Shown one piece after another: positions 58,044 to 64,000 of a stretch of DNA of 64,000 bases; positions within the stretch are counted from its first letter, which is position 1; every line of letters starts with the position of its first letter. The stretch is from the NCBI RefSeq assembly GCF_009914755.1, contig NC_060932.1; one strand, 5' to 3'. Both the position numbers and the translations under genes were made by a program. This stretch comes from the human T2T-CHM13v2.0 reference genome, Homo sapiens. The notes below the pieces were generated by a model. That model was not told where the DNA came from. It saw nothing but the letters and a program-made list of their open reading frames with translations, and made no database searches.

Positions 58044-58795
58044 GGGGAACTCTTATATACTATTGATGGGAATGTAGATTATTACAGCCATTAAGTAAAA
58101 GAGTATGGAGGTTCCTCAAAAAATTAAAAATAGAACTACCATATGATTCAGCAATCCCACTTTTGGATATATATCCAAAGGAAATGAAATCAGTATGTCA
58201 AAGTGATTATCTGCACTCCCAAGTTTATTGCAGCACTAGTCACAATAGCCAAGATATCGAATCAACTTAGGTATCTTTCAATAAATGAATGGACAAAAAA
58301 AGTGTGGTGTATATACACAAGGGAATACTATTTAGCCACAAAAAAGCATGAAATCTTGTCATTTGTGACAATGCGGATGAACCTAGAGGACATTGCTAAG
58401 TGAAATAAACCAAGCATGGAAGGACAAATACCACATGATATGACTCGTGGAATCTAAAGAAGTTGATTTCACAAAAGTAGAGAGTACAACAGTGGTTACC
58501 AGAGGCTGGAGAAGGTAGTGAGGAAGAATGGGGAGGGGTTGGTTAACACGTTCAAAGTTACAGTTGGACAGGAGAAATACGTTCTGGTGTTTATTGCACA
58601 GTAGGGTGACTATAATTAATAATGTATTGTATATTTCAAAATAGCTAGAAAAGAGAATCTTTAATGTCCTCATTACAAAGAGATGATAAATGAGGTGAGG
58701 ATGTGCTAATTACCTTGATTTGATTATTATACAAAACATCACATCATAAACATGTATAATTGTGATTTGTCTATTAAAAACAAAATTTAAAAAAA
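58044..58795 (+). mobile_element. L1MA-type 3' end fragment
   Basis: ggaggttcctcaaaaaattaaaaatagaactaccatatga...gtggttaccagaggctgg, followed by an A tail. Confidence 0.85.
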
Positions 58796-60344
58796 GGAAA
58801 ATGATGGAACACTTTTTTAATGTATAGGCTGTAGATTCAATATATAAATAATGTTTCTGAAGAAGGAAAGATGAAATATCAGCAATTATGGCATAATACT
58901 GAAAATGTTTTCTGAGCTAAAGGAAGACAAGAGTATGCACATTAAAAGCCCCCATCATGAAATTGGTAAAATTAATGAGAAACAATGTTTATCAAAATAT
59001 TTCTTACTGAAATGTTAACAATGTAAAGAAAATAAAGATATTCTCTAAGCATTCAGCAAAACGGCTTACCTATAAAACAATCAAATCAGGTTAGCCTCAG
59101 ATCTTAATTGTGGCTCATGTGTGGGAATAAAATCAGTTGATATTTACAAAGTGTTGATAAAGTTACTGAGTAAATTAAATGTACATATGTAGCAGCAAAG
59201 ATATCAGACATGTAAGAGTTCATCAAATAAAAATCCATGTACTCTTCTAACAGATATTATGTGAAGGTACCTGAAGGTACCCTCCAACTTACCCAAATAT
59301 AAATAGATATTAAATAATAACAATAGGGGCGTTATGGCAGAGTCAGGGAGAGTACCTGGGAACTGAATGTAAAAACAGTTTAACAGTTGCATAAGTAATT
59401 ATTGTCAATATGATATAAAGCTTAATATAAAAGTTAAACATATACTTAAAGAATGTAATATGTACTTTTTAAGACAAATATATTCTGGTTTTTAATTCTC
59501 ATATCTATAATAACTTGGAAGTAAAGAACATATAAATATAAATGTGTTTTAAAATATTAAAAATAATGTAGATTTAAATCAGAACTTATTTTTTACACAT
59601 AAGAGAGTAACAAAGTGAAGATGAAAAAAAGTCAAAGGAAAGAAACTGAACCAAACTAAAATGTCTAGTAAAACTGCTTAGAAGACAAACAAGGCATGTG
59701 CAAAAACTAAAACCAACAGTCACAGAACAATGTGACAAAAATAAAACCAAAGTGCCTGTTATTATAAAACATATAAATAGGCTATCTTCTTTTGTAAGGC
59801 ACAAAATTTATGTCGACTTCAAATGTTGGTATTTTTAAAAACTCTAAGTTTAGACTTATTTCTTTTGTGCTACAATTTCTAATATGTAAAATAAGAATTA
59901 AGAAGTATGTAAATCATGGAATTACTTTCCAGGGCATGGCAAGTGCTCAATAAAGGTTAGTTAGTATTTTCATCAATGATTATTATAATTACTATATATC
60001 TTTTATAAGATAATCACATAAAATGAGAACTAAATTACTTAAATTATGTACTATTTCATACTTCAAGTACATAAACTTACAGAATAGTGGTGAAAATATT
60101 TCTATTAGAGAGGCAGAATGGCTTGCTTTTGTGGTTTGTAGCTCTGCTCCCTGAAGCCCTAGGAGTTTTCACAGGGCTCACTCTGAGGCAACTATAGAGT
60201 TGAAAGACAAAAGGATATAGGAAAAAATGGCACAGAACTTGACACCTTGTATAAGCAATAAATGCAAACAACAGCCATAAACAAACAGAAGCCTCCCCAT
60301 TGACATAAAGTCTAAGAAATTGTAGAAATATGTTAATTGTCCTT

Positions 60345-60465
60345 TTGAAGATCAATTTTCTCATCTACAAAACAGGGTTAATATTACCTAGGGTGATTTT
60401 GTGGATTTTTCTATATGTTCAATGTAAAATACACAGTTCAATACAGGTATCTAATAGCTACTGAT
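60345..60465 (+). mobile_element. MIR fragment
   Basis: tcaattttctcatctacaaaacagggttaatattacct. Confidence 0.55.
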
Positions 60466-60617
60466 TTCCTGTCTAGGTCCCCTTCATCCAAGATTTAATG
60501 GCTGACTTTTGATAGTGGCCAGATTACATGCTTTGGATCATCCTTCCTCAACCTGTTATTCATGTGCATCATTCCTGTATGCTCAAGAAATAATGCATTC
60601 ATTTTTCCTAAACTAAC

Positions 60618-60925
60618 AGGAAAATTTCTGGCAAAATGAAATCACAAAAGCCTATCAATGCCAAGCACAAATGGCTGTTAGATCATCCACAGTTTGTGAT
60701 AGTCTGCATCATCTATTGGCACCGAGGATTGGGAATTGACTTTGCATATTGTTGCCCAGTGCATACAAATTCTCTTTAGTTTTGAAGTGCTGTGTGCCAG
60801 TGGAGTTTCTAGGTACTCTGTTTTTCTGAATGCTCAAGCACACTTTGAAAGATTTTCATTGCATCTCATTTAATTGGTGAAAAAAAAAGTTCACATGCAA
60901 GTGTTTTTGCTGATCCTCAATATCC
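60618..60925 (-). pseudogene. Candidate decayed exon, RGS22-like segment
   Basis: Acceptor T23-gtatag; possible donor gttagt at 60617; broken reading DIEDQQKHLH...HQLNEMQ* / LKRICMHWATICKVNSQSSVPIDDADYHKLWMI*QPF. Confidence 0.45.
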
Positions 60926-61216
60926 CTATACAAAAAAAAAAAAAAAAAAAAAAAGTATGACACCAAGAACTGAGAAGTGAGAAGGCCCCTTTACCCTCTG
61001 ACACTGGGAACACCTATTAATCTCTACCTAACATTCTGTGTATTATGCATGTAGCAGGCTGCAATGATAAAAAAAGATAAGGAAAGAAGAGAGATGGATA
61101 TAAGGGAAAGATAAAAGAGGAATTTTACTATTTTTCCTAGTACTTCCCCTTTTTCCCCCCAAGGAAAAATCTCACTGCTTCAAAGAAGAGATGCCAGTCC
61201 TAATGTTCATTCATAC

Positions 61217-61347
61217 ATATATTTCAGCTTGGAACAGCACGGTGGGACCAGCCATCCTTCCTACACGCATGCGCCTATTTAAATACTGTCTTTTATTTTT
61301 GCAGTCCTTGTCCAAAACTGTAGCATTATTTTGCTGTTTATGCCTTT
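61217..61347 (-). pseudogene. Candidate 131-nt exon of the same putative fossil gene
   Basis: Acceptor gtctctctttcag, donor TAT|gtatga; one frame fully open (RHKQQNNATVLDKDCKNKRQYLNRRMRVGRMAGPTVLFQAEIY). Confidence 0.42.
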
Positions 61348-62604
61348 CTGAAAGAGAGACCCCAGTTTTACAGAAACCTTGTATGTAAACCTCTCCATAA
61401 AGAGTTTGAGGTTTATTTGATTAATAAAATACATAAATAATGTTAAAATTTAAGTGTGTAAAATAGGAATATTGAGTTTAAGAAAGACCCAGCAGTGCAG
61501 AAAAAGCAAAACCTAGAGTTAAAAGTGATGCTAACAGGTCTATATTGGTGTTTTAATTTGGAAATTTCTTCATGGTATTTCTCTGTGAAGCCAAGATTAA
61601 AGATCCTTCATCATTTCTTCAGTAAGTTTCTGCTTTGCTTTTCAATTTGCTAATATGCTACTCTTTAGATTGAGTATTTAGCTACATGACACCAAACATA
61701 CAGATGAAAACCAAAACATTCAGTCAATCATTCAGCAATTTGTTAATATACATTTGGCATCACTTAGAAAAGAGTAATTAAAAATTGTTAGCTAGAATTT
61801 CCACCTTTATGTATTTGGCAATATTTAGGTATAGTCATCATGATAAGAAAAGCTTGGTCTGACTAGTAGCTTTTTTAAATTTGATATTTTATATTCTCTT
61901 ATCAAAAGCTTTTTGTCCTGATGTGTTTATTTTTCCTGATTGTTAAATTACAAGCTTCATTTCCCTTTGACTGTTGAGCTTGAATATAAATGTTTTTCCA
62001 TAAATGTTTTTGTTCTTCTCACTCTCACTTCAGCTTGCCTAGAGAAAAGACACAAATTATTTTCTAAACACTTTATGACTTTATTTCTTACCTATTTTTA
62101 TTTATTCTTATATAAAATGGATTAAAGTAATTTAAGTGAATATAATACATATGAAATAAGACAGACCAAAATTTTACATTTCAATCGATATCAAAAGACA
62201 TTAGAGAAAAAGGAGAGAAATGAACCAGCTATCTAGGGTGAGTGAGTTACTATAATTTGGCAACAAGTTGCCTAAGAGTAGAAGAGAAAAGCAATGACTG
62301 AGTTGAGGGTTAGAAGTTGGATGATATTGTCTGAAAAAGAAAAGAATCATACAAGTCCATTAGGGCAGTAGTACTCAACGTCTTGTTTTTCTTCCCCAAC
62401 ACCATCAAGGGCTTCGATACAATCTCCCCAGTAACTGTGCTTTGTTTACTATGGGGTCCATGTCTTCCCAGCTCCCTGCAGGAAAACTGTTGGTTCAGAG
62501 AAAAGAGTTATCTGGATGCTCATTCTCTATGAAACTCATTGCATACATTTGTGCTGCCCAAGTATTTTTCCTTGCATTCTGATGATTTAACACAATATAG
62601 GGAC

Positions 62605-62830
62605 ACATTTTCAAGAAGCTAATACCTATCATGTGTCAAATATTTCCTCTGTGCCAGCTGAGCGTTTCCCATGCCTTGTCTCATTTCATTTCCACAATGT
62701 GCATGGAAGGAATTAGTCCCATCTTATAGGTGAAGAAACTAAGGTTTTGAAGAGATTGAGTAAGAGGCCTAAGATCACAAGTTAGAAGCTGGTAAAGGGC
62801 AGAGCTGGTGCCCAACACCTAGGTGGCTGG
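62605..62830 (-). mobile_element. MIR SINE
   Basis: cccatcttataggtgaagaaactaaggt...cctaagatcacaag...ggcagagctgg. Confidence 0.7.
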
Positions 62831-62859
62831 GTGTGCATAAGACCACTGTGTGTAACAAT

Positions 62860-62950
62860 CTCCCAGGCTGTCCCTCCAGAGACACCGATGGTGTAGGTAT
62901 AAGGTGGGGTCTTTGAGTCTGCATTTCATAGCCTCTCTGGTGATTCTTGC
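62860..62950. mobile_element. MER5A-like DNA transposon fragment
   Basis: gtaggtataaggtgggg...gtctgcatttc...ggtgattct. Confidence 0.5.
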
Positions 62951-63139
62951 CAGTAGTGGAAGGAGGGCCAATACCTAAGCATATTTGCTCTCAAGCCCTT
63001 GCTCTTTCCCACTCTGGAAAGATCACTTTTCACCCAGATGGTCCCATAGTCATTTCAATGTGTTTCCTAAGGCAGATATGAGAAGCTTCCGTGTAGGCAT
63101 TGTGTCTCTTACTGAGCTAAGATTTCTAAAAAATATTTG

Positions 63140-63280
63140 ATAATAATAGAAGTAGTGCTCATTGTAAAGCTCTCAATACAATAAATAGACATTCTCAGTG
63201 TTTGCCTTTATTATATTCTCAGACAGCTCATCACTTAGGAACTAATATTATATCTACTTCTCAGATTAGGAAGCTAGGGG
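63140..63280 (-). mobile_element. MIR fragment
   Basis: tctacttctcagattaggaagctagg. Confidence 0.45.
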
Positions 63281-64000
63281 AGAGCTAGAAGTTGGCTTCA
63301 GAGGCTACTGTCACTGGGAATCATTTGGCTGAAAAACAAATAGACTGTCAGGACTTTCTGGACCTGGTAAGCTTTCTTTGGGGGTATGCTTAGCGATGCA
63401 GTGAAAATTACCAGAATGGACTACTAGACATTTGGACACAGTTGTTACAAAAGTGCTTCAAGGCTGAGTTGGAGAGGAACAAAGGGAAATATTTCAGCAG
63501 CCTGTAGAACACTGTCGACATTGAAACTTCTCCCTTGCTTCTTTGCAAATTTTGTGAGTAGTTCACAGGTCAGCTACTACTTCAGTCTCCACCATGAAGG
63601 TTGTTTAAGAGGTGAAATAAAACACAATTTTCCCCAAGCTTGAAAAAGCCAAGAAAGGGAAATTTTTCTTAAGCAAAATCAAAATAGTCAATCTTAGGTT
63701 TTAATTTTCACTGAAACTTAGATAACTAATAAAATACACTACACCATTAAGTGGGTCACCAGTCTGTATCCTATGCCAACTTTGCTGAAATTTTTCTCTG
63801 CGATTACCCCTTTCTTTTAGTCATATTCATGTCTTCATTCTGTCAACAGTCAACCTCTGGGTCTGTTAGAGCATGCCTCACATGGTTGCATTCCCAAAAC
63901 AAGAAGGTGTCAGTATAAAACAGGAGTGCTATGAATGGTTCTTGAATTGTATGAAATGGCTGCAGTATAACTTACCCCATGATAAAAACTATGCATGATA

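Larger units (their letters stand above)
56540..59400 (+). mobile_element. HAL1 or ancient L1 ORF1-like element, interrupted by two younger L1 fragments
   Basis: ORF1-like A-rich text at 56540-56870 resuming at ~58800 (gaaaatgttttctgagctaaaggaagac). Confidence 0.45.

Noticed and set aside
60932-60954. A23 tract as a retrocopy tail
   Set aside because: No SINE body, poly(A) signal or TSD upstream; better read as a minus-strand polypyrimidine tract.
61265-61285. NRF1-like acgcatgcgc next to tatttaaata as a promoter
   Set aside because: A single imperfect motif with no CpG island; it lies inside a splice-bounded candidate exon.

Overview
Human genomic DNA (a near-perfect AluYa5 is present); AT-rich and mostly interspersed repeats. 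It holds two full-length primate L1s with target-site duplications (TSDs): L1PA7/8-like on -, and L1PA4-like on + with an intact 338-aa ORF1. There are also three complete two-LTR MaLR proviruses (all -), five Alus, and many old L1M/L2/MIR/MLT fragments. No intact cellular gene is evident. Two non-repeat signals stand out. (1) A decayed processed pseudogene of an IFITM3-type gene (50501-51165, -) with a longer C-terminal tail than human IFITM1/2/3. (2) Splice-site-bounded segments in the unique islands on the - strand (about 61.3k, 60.9k, 55.4k, possibly 17.1-15.4k) whose broken translations resemble RGS22/RGSL1-type RGS domains, suggesting a fossil multi-exon gene. The RGS call rests on by-eye comparison with remembered sequences and needs a database search. 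Subfamily names and old-repeat boundaries are by-eye estimates.
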